From positions 30,001 to 62,000 of the forward strand of contig NZ_LGHJ01000009.1 of the NCBI RefSeq assembly GCF_001306055.1: DNA of 32,000 bases. Direction: 5' to 3'. The DNA comes from Bellilinea caldifistulae (lineage in GTDB: Bacteria > Chloroflexota > Anaerolineae > Anaerolineales > Anaerolineaceae). Of the stretch, positions 9,412 to 17,240 are shown in pieces (the stretch's first letter is position 1; each line of letters begins with the position of its first letter). The notes under the pieces were generated by a model. That model worked only from the letters and a program-made list of their open reading frames with translations. It searched no databases and was not told where the DNA came from. The translations under genes were made by a program, and so were the position numbers.

Positions 9412-11733
9412 TTACAGCTTAAACTGCACCACTACTTTTTCCAGCACCTCTGCCATCTCGGAAAGGGAGTGCGCCGAAGCCGAGACTTCTTCAACCTGCG
9501 CGCTCATCTCTTCCGCCGAGGCAGATACTTCTTCGATGGCGGCGCTGTTCTGCTCGCTGACACTGGCAATCGTTTCAATGGACATGGTCACTTCCGAAGA
9601 ACTGGCCGACATTTGCTCGGTGGCCGCCGTGTTTTCCTCAATGACCGCCGAGACCGAATCGACAGCAGCAATCATTTCATTGGCGGCTTTTTCCATTTCT
9701 ACCGCAGCACGGGCAGCTTGTTGAGCCTGTTGATTGACCTGTTCAACGGTTTGCAGGATTTGTTGGAGCGAATTGCCGGCTTCTCCGGCTGACTCAACTC
9801 CCTTTTCAACTTCCTGCGCGCTTTCCAGCATGGCATTGACCGTCTCACTGACCGACGTCTGGATCGCCTTGATCAAGGTACCGATTTCGCGGGTGGCATT
9901 GGCGGAACGCTCGGCCAGTTTGCGCACCTCGTCAGCCACCACGGCGAATCCTTTGCCATGCTCACCGGCACGCGCGGCTTCGATGGCGGCATTTAGAGCC
10001 AGTAAATTGGTCTGTGAGGCAATGTCCTCAATGGTTTCGACAATCACCCCAATTTGATTGGAGCGATTGCTCATTTCGGCAATTTTTTCAGCGGAGAGGT
10101 CTACTTTTTCACGGATGGACTGCATGCCCTCCACCGTATGGCGTACGGTTTCCTGACCATGCGCAGCCACCTGAGAGGCAGCAGCTGCCCCCTCGGAAAC
10201 GGCTCTGGCAATCGCGGCTACCTGTTGAATGGCTTGATGCAGTTGGGCAGACAGTTGGGTTGCCCTGGCAGCCGCCTGAGCCTGTTCCTGCGCACCGCGG
10301 GCCACCCCATCAATCGTATGCGCCATTTGATCCATGACATTGGCAGTGCGGCTGACCGACTCGGTCTGCTGCCCAACTCCGGCAGCAACTTGCTGCACCG
10401 TTGCAGCAATCTGCGAGGTAGCCTGCCCGGCCTGGCTGGAGGCTGCAGCCAGTTGACTGGCGGCCGCTTTCAGGCTGAGCGCACTGGTCTGGAGTTGATC
10501 CACCTGCTGACGCAGTTTGGCAATCATTCTGGCAAACGAATGGCCCAGCACATCCTTTTCCGAAACCGGTTGAACCTCCACCGTCAAATCTCCCTGGGAG
10601 ATGTGTTCGGCTGCCAGAGCCATCTGACGCTGATAACCGATCAGGGCACGGAACGAATCGGCCAGAATACCGACCTCATCGCGGCTGGTGAAGGTGACTT
10701 CCTGCTCAATATCACCCACGGCCAGTTTACTGGCTATTTGAGCCATCGCCTTGATGGGGTTGGCCAGATTGCGTGCCAGCACCACGCCGATGCCCCCCGC
10801 CAGCGCCAGCACGCCGATCCCCGCCAGGAAGATGATGTTGCGAAGTTGATTGACCGGGGCGTTTGCCTCGGCAAGGTCCTGCTCAACAATCACTCCCCAG
10901 CCGTTTTCGAGCGGCATATACCCGCCAATGACCATCACACCCCGATAGTCTGGATAGCGGTCTACACCGTGTTCACCGCGCAGCAGCCGCTCAGCGGCAA
11001 CCGTTTGGACTTTCACCTCCAACTCGGGACGTTCTTTGAATGAACCGGCTTGCCTCAACTCCTCAGTGAAACGCGGCGGGGTGATCATGTAACCGGCTTT
11101 GTTGACAAGGTAGGCATCGCCGGTTTGGCCGAGCCATGAGTTTTCAAGGACAGATTGAAAAGCACTAGTGGGCAATGATCCGGCTACCATACCAATAACT
11201 TTGGTGGGATTCTGAGGATCATAAAGAGGGGCTGCCACAACCATAATTACATTTCCGGTTGTTCTGGAAACCATCGGCTCAGAAATCACGGTTTGCCCCT
11301 GCATGGCCGCCATGTAGTAGGAACGATCGCTGACATTCAAGGAGGAATTGCCGTTGGAATGGGCAATCGCAATCCCGTCCATACCGGTTACGAAGAGCGT
11401 TTCGTACCAGTTCCACTGTTTGGCATATTGGGTAATCGCTTCCTGTGCGGTTACCGGGTCTAAAGAACGTATCCGCGCAATTCCCGCCAGAGTCTCCAAT
11501 TCAACCTTACGTTGATGCATCCATTCATTTACATACAACTCGGTTGCCTCGGCACTCGATTCGATACGCTCGGTAATAGCTGCTTCCAGCGCTGTCCGGC
11601 TCTGGAAATAGGCAATCAGCCCGACCAGCAGCACCGTCCCTAGCGCCATCAACACAAATGCCCGCGCCAGACGAAAGAGAAGGCTGGATTGTTTATTACC
11701 CGTTTTCAGAATTGGCCATTTGATCTGTTTCAT
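9412..11733 (-). CDS. Methyl-accepting chemotaxis protein (TM - Cache-like sensor - TM - HAMP - MA domain)
   Basis: Conserved signalling hairpin [41 protein letters not shown]. Start set at MKQIKW (ATG 11733-11731), which is preceded by GGAGAGG. The longer ORF to 11967 would run into the tRNA gene. Confidence 0.9.
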   Translation of the reverse strand: MKQIKWPILKTGNKQSSLLFRLARAFVLMALGTVLLVGLIAYFQSRTALEAAITERIESSAEATELYVNEWMHQRKVELETLAGIARIRSLDPVTAQEAITQYAKQWNWYETLFVTGMDGIAIAHSNGNSSLNVSDRSYYMAAMQGQTVISEPMVSRTTGNVIMVVAAPLYDPQNPTKVIGMVAGSLPTSAFQSVLENSWLGQTGDAYLVNKAGYMITPPRFTEELRQAGSFKERPELEVKVQTVAAERLLRGEHGVDRYPDYRGVMVIGGYMPLENGWGVIVEQDLAEANAPVNQLRNIIFLAGIGVLALAGGIGVVLARNLANPIKAMAQIASKLAVGDIEQEVTFTSRDEVGILADSFRALIGYQRQMALAAEHISQGDLTVEVQPVSEKDVLGHSFARMIAKLRQQVDQLQTSALSLKAAASQLAAASSQAGQATSQIAATVQQVAAGVGQQTESVSRTANVMDQMAHTIDGVARGAQEQAQAAARATQLSAQLHQAIQQVAAIARAVSEGAAAASQVAAHGQETVRHTVEGMQSIREKVDLSAEKIAEMSNRSNQIGVIVETIEDIASQTNLLALNAAIEAARAGEHGKGFAVVADEVRKLAERSANATREIGTLIKAIQTSVSETVNAMLESAQEVEKGVESAGEAGNSLQQILQTVEQVNQQAQQAARAAVEMEKAANEMIAAVDSVSAVIEENTAATEQMSASSSEVTMSIETIASVSEQNSAAIEEVSASAEEMSAQVEEVSASAHSLSEMAEVLEKVVVQFKL

Positions 11734-11887
11734 ATTCCTCTCCATGAGACAACCCAAAATTGTTACCACCCCGATAAGGTATGTGGTACACCTAGCATAA
11801 AACAAGTTGAGCACCATTGGAATAAAAAACAGGTAAAGAGGATATAAACCACAGGTAAAAATTTTCAATTCGGCGTCAGCGCAGCAC

Positions 11888-11916
11888 TTGACGATTCGCG
11901 GCGGGCGCGGTATATT
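11888..11916 (+). promoter_or_regulatory. Sigma70-type promoter of the tRNA/repeat transcription unit
   Basis: TTGACG (11888-11893), 17-nt spacer, TATATT (11911-11916). The predicted start is about 11923-11925, at or within 2 nt of tRNA position +1. Confidence 0.6.
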
Positions 11917-11924
11917 AACAGCAC

Positions 11925-11998
11925 GCCCTCGTAGCTCAATTGGACAGAGCGTTTGCTTGCGGAGCAAAAGGTTGCAGATTCGAGTTCTGCCGGGGGCA
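11925..11998 (+). tRNA. tRNA-Arg, anticodon read as GCG; no encoded CCA
   Basis: Manual cloverleaf: acceptor GCCCTCG/CGGGGGC (one G-U pair), D arm GCTC-AATTGGACA-GAGC, anticodon arm TTTGC-TTGCGGA-GCAAA, variable AGGTT, T arm GCAGA-TTCGAGT-TCTGC, discriminator A. Total 74 nt. Confidence 0.85.
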
Positions 11999-12470
11999 CT
12001 CTGTATTTAAAGTCGCCGACCCCATCGAGGGGTGATATTCGAGCCCTGTCGGGGGCACTCTGTATTTAAGGTCGCCGACCCCATCGAGGGGCGATATTCG
12101 CATTCTGCCGGGGGCACTCTGTATTTAAGGTCGCCGACCCCATCGAGGGGTAATATTCGAGCCCTGTCGGGGCACTCTGTATTTAAGGTCGCCGACCCCA
12201 TCGAGGGGTAATATTTGAGCCCTGCCGGGGGCACTCTGTATTTAAGGTCGCCGACCCCATCGAGGGGTGATATTCGAGCCCTGTCGGGGGCACTCTGTAT
12301 TTAAGGTCGCTGACCCCATCGAGGGGTAATATTCGAGTTCTGCCGGGGGCACCCTGTATTTAAGGTCTCCGACCCCATCGAGGGGTAATATTCGAGTTCT
12401 GCCGGGGGCACCCTGTATTTAAGGTCTCCGACCCCATCGAGGGGTAATATTCGAGCCCTGCCGGGGGCAC
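11999..12470 (+). repeat. Eight tandem ~59-nt direct repeats: 36-nt module plus a copy of the tRNA 3'-terminal 23 nt
   Basis: Units start at 11999, 12058, 12117, 12175, 12234, 12293, 12352 and 12411. The period is 59, once 58. Consensus: CTCTGTATTTAAGGTCGCCGACCCCATCGAGGGGTRATATTCGAG(TT/CC)CTG(C/T)CGGGGGCA. ATTCGAGTTCTGCCGGGGGCAC is identical to tRNA positions 11978-11999. Each unit contains the hairpin ACCCC-ATCGA-GGGGT. Confidence 0.95.
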
Positions 12471-12500
12471 CTTCACAGGGATTCCATCCCTGTACCTCGC

Positions 12501-12538
12501 AACGCATCCAATGGATCCCTGGATGCGTTTTATGTTTT
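12501..12538 (+). terminator. Rho-independent terminator closing the tRNA/repeat unit
   Basis: 10-bp stem AACGCATCCA / TGGATGCGTT, 9-nt loop, then TTATGTTTT. A smaller hairpin, ACAGGGAT-TCC-ATCCCTGT, lies at 12475-12493. Confidence 0.8.
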
Positions 12539-12542
12539 CAGC

Positions 12543-13030
12543 ATGGAAGTTAAGATCCTCGAAGGGACGATTCCACATGGGGAGATGCGGGGCATGCATC
12601 CATTAGACATTTATGTTCCTCAACAAGGGCTAGTACTGGTGCAAGCCGAAGTGGACCTCAAGGAAAATGAGTTGTTGTCGCTCCCAACGAGCCAAACAAG
12701 TCACCTTGGGCGGGGCGATTGTCTTCGGAGATGCTTTGCACGCCCAGCGAGAGACTTCCGCTCAGGTTGTTGGAAAACAGCAGAGACAATCTGTATCAAG
12801 CACGGACAGAGTGGGCAATCCATAGGCTGTTTATGCGTGAAATAGGTAACCTCAAGCAGGGTACAGCCCTCTCCCAAAATTGCCGTTTGGTATCTGGGGT
12901 GCATAAAGAGCATGGATGCCTTGAAAAGAAGCCAATTCTGGTCAGCACCGATCTGAACGAGTATTTGGATTGGCCTGAAGTCGGTCAAGTATTTCGTCTG
13001 GAGTGTAAAGTTTGGCACGAGAAGGGCTGA
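12543..13030 (+). pseudogene. ISAs1-family transposase remnant (N-terminally truncated, at least two frameshifts, internal deletion)
   Basis: Family-typical motifs are split over three frames: GTIPHGEMRGMHPLDIYVPQQGLVLVQAEVDLKENE, then GAIVFGDALHAQRETSAQVV, then VHKEHGCLEKKPILVSTDLNEYLDWPEVGQVFRLECKV. No intact ORF spans them. Confidence 0.7.
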
Positions 13031-13191
13031 CGCTAATAATCTGCTGGTTTTACCTTGTCTTTGCAATGGGTTGGCAAGTTTCGCCTAAGCCCTCCGTGTG
13101 CTTTGTACTCAACCAAGGTATACTCTGCAGTAAATTTTTTCGCTTAAAAATCCTTTCTTGTGAAAGCTCTGGAATTTCAGGATAACGGATC

Positions 13192-13220
13192 TTGTAAATT
13201 GAATCCTAATTTGATATAAT
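13192..13220 (+). promoter_or_regulatory. Extended -10 promoter upstream of the SorC-family regulator
   Basis: TTGTAA (13192-13197), 17-nt spacer, TGaTATAAT (13212-13220). A 14-bp palindrome TGAGCATTTGCTCA follows at 13239-13252. Confidence 0.55.
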
Positions 13221-13237
13221 GTTCTTATGCACACTTA

Positions 13238-14233
13238 ATGAGCATTTGCTCACATAAAAAATTTTGGAATTTTCCCATGCTCACTCAAATTGATTACGAA
13301 GAATATCGTTTGTGTGTACGAGTTGCAAAACTGTACTATGAAAATGGTTTAACCCAAAATGAAATTGCTTGGAAACTGGGTGTTTCCCGTGTGACGGTTT
13401 ACCGATTGCTCAACAAAGCAGTGGAACTGGGAATTGTTGAAATTAAAGTACATGCTACTGTTGGGGAGAATTTCGACCTTGAACAAGAGTTGATTATTCG
13501 CCATAATCTACGAGATGCGGTAGTGGTTCCTGATCCTGAAGGGGAAGAAAGCATCTATCTGGCATTAGCGCGCGGTGCCGCTGATTGGTTAAAGCGAAAC
13601 CTAAAAAATGGTATGCGAGTTGGTTTAGGTTTGGGACGAACAATTTCCCATCTGCCTTTAGTTTTTTCTACAGACTCACCAATTAATTGCACATTTACTG
13701 AAGTGGTTGGTGGGGCTTCGGATCATTCCGGTGGTTTTGCAAAGTACAACGTTACCTCTAAGATGGCTGAACTAGCAGGGGGCAAAGCTGAAATTCTTTA
13801 TGCTCCAAATATGGTCTCAAGTCCTGAACTGCAAAAAAGCCTACTCAACGAACCTACAATTTCGCAAGCACTGGAGCGCGCTCGTCATTCTGATATTATC
13901 CTGCAAAGCGTGGGGACGGTTGATGAAACAGCGATTCTGTATGTAGAAAAGAAGATAACTCTTGACGAATTGCACGAAATCCAGAATTCTGGAGCAGTAG
14001 GAGATGCTTTGGGTCACTATTTTGACCAGAACGGCCAATTGGTTTCAACTTTTTTAGACAATCGTATTATTGGCATTAGTCTGGAAGATTTAAAAAAAGT
14101 ACCATGGAGCGTTTTGATTGCGGGCGGGGATGAAAAGAAACCGGTGATTAAGGCAGCTTTGAAAAGCACCTGTTTTAATGTTCTTGTTACTAATGTAGAT
14201 ACTGCTCGATACTTGCTTATCGAAAGGGATTGA
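13238..14233 (+). CDS. SorC/DeoR(Bsu)-family sugar-binding transcriptional regulator
   Basis: N-terminal HTH LTQNEIAWKLGVSRVTVYRLLNKAVELGIV followed by a SorC-type sugar-phosphate-binding domain. The true start may be ATG 13277 (MLTQIDYEEY). Confidence 0.8.
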   Translation: MSICSHKKFWNFPMLTQIDYEEYRLCVRVAKLYYENGLTQNEIAWKLGVSRVTVYRLLNKAVELGIVEIKVHATVGENFDLEQELIIRHNLRDAVVVPDPEGEESIYLALARGAADWLKRNLKNGMRVGLGLGRTISHLPLVFSTDSPINCTFTEVVGGASDHSGGFAKYNVTSKMAELAGGKAEILYAPNMVSSPELQKSLLNEPTISQALERARHSDIILQSVGTVDETAILYVEKKITLDELHEIQNSGAVGDALGHYFDQNGQLVSTFLDNRIIGISLEDLKKVPWSVLIAGGDEKKPVIKAALKSTCFNVLVTNVDTARYLLIERD

Positions 14234-14237
14234 AATA

Positions 14238-14675
14238 ATGCTTGCAGATTATTTAACTCCTGATGTCATTCGGTTAAGAATACGGGTTAGTAATTGGCAA
14301 GAAGCTGTACGTGCTGGAGGTCAATTGCTGATGCAGGCAGGTAAATGTGGGTTATCTTACGTTGAATCTATGGTGCGAGCCGTGCAGGAAATGGGACCTT
14401 ACATGGTTTTGGCTCCGGGTTTAGCTTTAGCGCATGCCCGACCAGAAGATGGTGCAGATGTGGTGGGACTTTCACTTGTGACTCTTGCTACACCAGTGGA
14501 ATTCGGCTCGGAAACTAATGATCCTGTAAGTGTGGTTATTTCCTTCTGTGCTCCAGATCGTGAAAGCCATATTGGAATGCTTCAGTCGCTTGCAGAATTT
14601 CTGATCAACGAAGACAATCAACGACTTTTGAAAACGGCTGAAACGGTTGATGAGATATTATCAGCTGTCATTTGA
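14238..14675 (+). CDS. ulaC: PTS EIIA component, L-ascorbate family (UlaC/SgaA-like)
   Basis: GPYMVLAPGLALAHARPEDG matches the UlaC phosphorylation-site region [20 protein letters not shown]. Size is 145 aa. The symbol is family-level only. Confidence 0.8.
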   Translation: MLADYLTPDVIRLRIRVSNWQEAVRAGGQLLMQAGKCGLSYVESMVRAVQEMGPYMVLAPGLALAHARPEDGADVVGLSLVTLATPVEFGSETNDPVSVVISFCAPDRESHIGMLQSLAEFLINEDNQRLLKTAETVDEILSAVI

Positions 14676-14705
14676 TTTTTTACCCATGAAAGAAAGGAGA
14701 GAGAA

Positions 14706-15005
14706 ATGAAAAAGCCACGCGTGATGATGGTATGCGGTTTTGGCCTTGGCTCTAGCATGATTTTAAAGATTACTGTTGATGGTGTTCTCAAGGAACATGG
14801 TTTGGGTGCAGAAACATTCTGTGCTGATGCTACTACGGCGAGCGGCGAGTCGTATGACATGATATTTACTTCCAAAGAAATGGCTAATTTATTTAAGAAC
14901 ACAACGAAACCAGTAGTTGTAATCGAAAATTTTCTTAGCAAACAAGAAGTGCTCGATAAGGGATTACCGGTTTTGCGGAAATTAATTGAGGAGTTGAATC
15001 CTTGA
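14706..15005 (+). CDS. ulaB: PTS EIIB component, L-ascorbate family (UlaB/SgaB-like)
   Basis: Active-site Cys context VMMVCGFGLGSSMILK (UlaB: ILAVCGNGQGSSMIMK). 99 aa. AAGGAGAG RBS. The symbol is family-level only. Confidence 0.8.
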   Translation: MKKPRVMMVCGFGLGSSMILKITVDGVLKEHGLGAETFCADATTASGESYDMIFTSKEMANLFKNTTKPVVVIENFLSKQEVLDKGLPVLRKLIEELNP

Positions 15006-17176
15006 AAGACTTTTCGGATACTTTCAAGTATGGGGCTTCATATTCCCCCTTGATATTCAGTGAAACCGAATGGGAGAGTGATTTGCGGCTGATGCAGGCA
15101 GCCGGGATGAACTTGATTCGCATTGGGGATGTACATGGTTCTTGGGACTTAATCGAACCGCGCGAGGGTGATTTTGAATTTGAAAAACTGGGGCGTTTTT
15201 ATCGGTTAGCTGCTCAATATGGGATCGAAATTCTGATAAGCACAGGGGCTGCTTCCCCACCGCTATGGCTAGCAAATCGTTACCCCGATGTAGTAATCCT
15301 TTCAAACCGTGGTGAACGTTATCCTCTAGGTGCCTCCTATCACTGGGCTTGTATTCACCATCCTGGCTACTTGGCAGCCCTGAAAAATTATCTACAGGCA
15401 TTGTTAGGTTTTACAGTCCAGCACCCAAACCATTTTGGATGGCAAATATCTAACGAAATTGGTTTCCCATTTCTTCCTGCCCGTGGAGAAAATGATCTAA
15501 GCCTTTATTGTTATTGTCCATATTGCGTCGAGAGATTTCGCGACTGGCTTAGAACCAAATACCCAAGCTTAGAACATCTCACAAAAGCTTGGGGATGGGG
15601 TACAACTTATCTGGTTTATAACGATTGGCAAGAGGTATTCGCACCTGAGGCTTTGCCCTCTGGCTGGGCAGGGGTTACCCGTTGGATAGACTGGCGCTTA
15701 TTTTGGCAGCAAGCCTTTGCGGATTTTGCGGGTTGGCAACATAGAATTATCAAACAACACGATCCATCCCACCCAACCTCAGTCAACACATTTAATTTCA
15801 AAAGCTATGATCGATTCGGTGTGATCACGGGTCTGGATCAATGGAAGATAGCCAGGGAGGTTGACCATATTGGTTATGATCTTTATCCAGGCAGCGGCAA
15901 CAAATTAGCAACTCGTCCGGAACATATTTCGATATTCCTCGATCACGGTCGAAGCGTAAGCCAGTCCGTAGAACGGGATTTCTGGCTACATGAGGTGGAA
16001 AGTGGGCCAATTGGCGGTTGGATAATGGGTCCGGACTACAACACCAAATCTGAAGATGTAAATAATTATCTAATAGAGTCGGTTGGGCATAATGCTAAAC
16101 TCGTTTTATTTATGCCTTGGCGAGAATGGGATTACCAACCTCTGCGCTGGGGAGCGATAGTTGACCTAGATGGTCATCCTAGTGAGCGATATACCACTGC
16201 TACCCAATGGGGAGAGTTCCTTTCAAGATATGGAAGAATATTGAAGAAAGCTCAATCACCGAGAGGTCAAGTTGCCATCTTTGAATCCAAGTCCAACGCA
16301 ATCTTCTTTCGTGGTATTGGAGAAGAGGAACCACTATTTGAGGCTCAACGTGGAGCTTATCGTGGCTTTTGGGAATTAGATTTTGGAGTGGACTTTATAA
16401 CGGCCGCTGAAATAACAAAGGGTCGTTGGCAGGAATATCAGGTCATTATTCTACCGATGATCGGTTTATTGGATATTGAGACGGCTAAAAATCTGGCTGA
16501 ATTTGGCAAACAGGGCGGTCTTTTGGTGGGATTTTCTCGTTTTGCCACGTTGAATGAACAAGGTTGGTATCATCACCAGATCCCAGTACCGCCATTGAAA
16601 AATGTCTTTGGTTTTGAAGATGTTCAGGCAGACTGTCTTAACCAACATCGAATTTTATACAGTGGTAAGTGGTACCCATCTTTTTGGAATCGAGATCTAT
16701 TAAAAATTGGTGCATCTGTCCAAGTTTTAGCTGAATTTGATGATCGGTTTCCTGCAGTGACCTTATCGCAATTTGGAAGAGGATATGGCCTCTACTTTGC
16801 TACACAGGCAGACTCAGGCTATCTTAAATCTGATCAACCACTACTTAAGGCAGTTCTCCAAAGGGTTTTGCCACAATTAAAAATTATGCCGCAAATTCAA
16901 ATTGATTATAAAGGAAAAAAATCTCGCCGAATTGATCATCATTATCTTGAACTGCCTAATAAAAAGTTAGTTCTGATTAGCAACTATCACGAACAGAGTG
17001 TTGATCTTAACCTTTATCTCAATACAACCAACTGGAAAAAGAAAATATTATCCATTCAACAAGTTTTTCCCGTGGTTAAACAAATTGAGTGGGAAATGGT
17101 CAACGACTCTTTACAAATTCATTTTCAGTTAAATACCAAGGAGGTGTCTGTCATTGAAATCGAATTAATCGAATAA
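15002..17176 (+). CDS. Glycoside hydrolase family 42 (beta-galactosidase-like)
   Basis: GH42 N-terminal TIM-barrel pattern (WESDLRLMQAAGMNLIRIG..WDLIEPREGDFEF, ISNEIG) and the Cys cluster CYCPYCVERFRDWL. The TTG start overlaps the EIIB stop (TTGA). Confidence 0.75.
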   Translation: MKDFSDTFKYGASYSPLIFSETEWESDLRLMQAAGMNLIRIGDVHGSWDLIEPREGDFEFEKLGRFYRLAAQYGIEILISTGAASPPLWLANRYPDVVILSNRGERYPLGASYHWACIHHPGYLAALKNYLQALLGFTVQHPNHFGWQISNEIGFPFLPARGENDLSLYCYCPYCVERFRDWLRTKYPSLEHLTKAWGWGTTYLVYNDWQEVFAPEALPSGWAGVTRWIDWRLFWQQAFADFAGWQHRIIKQHDPSHPTSVNTFNFKSYDRFGVITGLDQWKIAREVDHIGYDLYPGSGNKLATRPEHISIFLDHGRSVSQSVERDFWLHEVESGPIGGWIMGPDYNTKSEDVNNYLIESVGHNAKLVLFMPWREWDYQPLRWGAIVDLDGHPSERYTTATQWGEFLSRYGRILKKAQSPRGQVAIFESKSNAIFFRGIGEEEPLFEAQRGAYRGFWELDFGVDFITAAEITKGRWQEYQVIILPMIGLLDIETAKNLAEFGKQGGLLVGFSRFATLNEQGWYHHQIPVPPLKNVFGFEDVQADCLNQHRILYSGKWYPSFWNRDLLKIGASVQVLAEFDDRFPAVTLSQFGRGYGLYFATQADSGYLKSDQPLLKAVLQRVLPQLKIMPQIQIDYKGKKSRRIDHHYLELPNKKLVLISNYHEQSVDLNLYLNTTNWKKKILSIQQVFPVVKQIEWEMVNDSLQIHFQLNTKEVSVIEIELIE

Positions 17177-17240
17177 TAAACACAACCTGAATCTTCACAT
17201 TTCCATCCAAATTTCCAAAATCTAAATAAGGAGTATCAAA

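Noticed and set aside
9338-11043. Plus-strand ORFs (9338..9724, 9469..9792, 9734..10057, 10014..10337, 10054..11043) opposite the chemoreceptor
   Set aside because: They are antisense shadows of the Ala/Gln/Glu-rich coiled-coil MA domain. They have no motifs and no RBS.
11734-11967. N-terminal extension of the chemoreceptor ORF up to 11967
   Set aside because: The extension would overlap the tRNA gene and its promoter on the other strand. An internal ATG at 11733 has a GGAGAGG RBS and begins the expected N-terminal transmembrane segment.
11999-12470. The array could be a CRISPR locus
   Set aside because: There are no variable spacers. The whole 59-nt unit is repeated nearly identically, so this is a tandem repeat. 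No cas genes are in the window.
12007-12599. Minus-strand ORFs 12007..12234, 12301..12507 and 12360..12599 encoding repetitive peptides ([13 protein letters not shown]...)
   Set aside because: They are read-through of the 59-nt repeat. Because the period is not a multiple of 3, the frame rotates between units. They have no RBS and run antisense to the tRNA transcription unit.
11888-13030. Type III toxin-antitoxin (ToxI-like repeat RNA, then terminator, then toxin gene)
   Set aside because: The order promoter, tandem RNA repeats, terminator, downstream ORF resembles ToxIN, CptIN and TenpIN loci. However, the downstream reading frames carry ISAs1-type transposase motifs in three different frames. 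There is no intact ToxN/AbiQ-like endoribonuclease ORF.
13239-13252. TGAGCATTTGCTCA as a catabolite-responsive element (cre)
   Set aside because: Only the terminal TG...CA and the length fit the consensus TGWAANCGNTNWCA. The central CG and the flanking A/T positions do not match.
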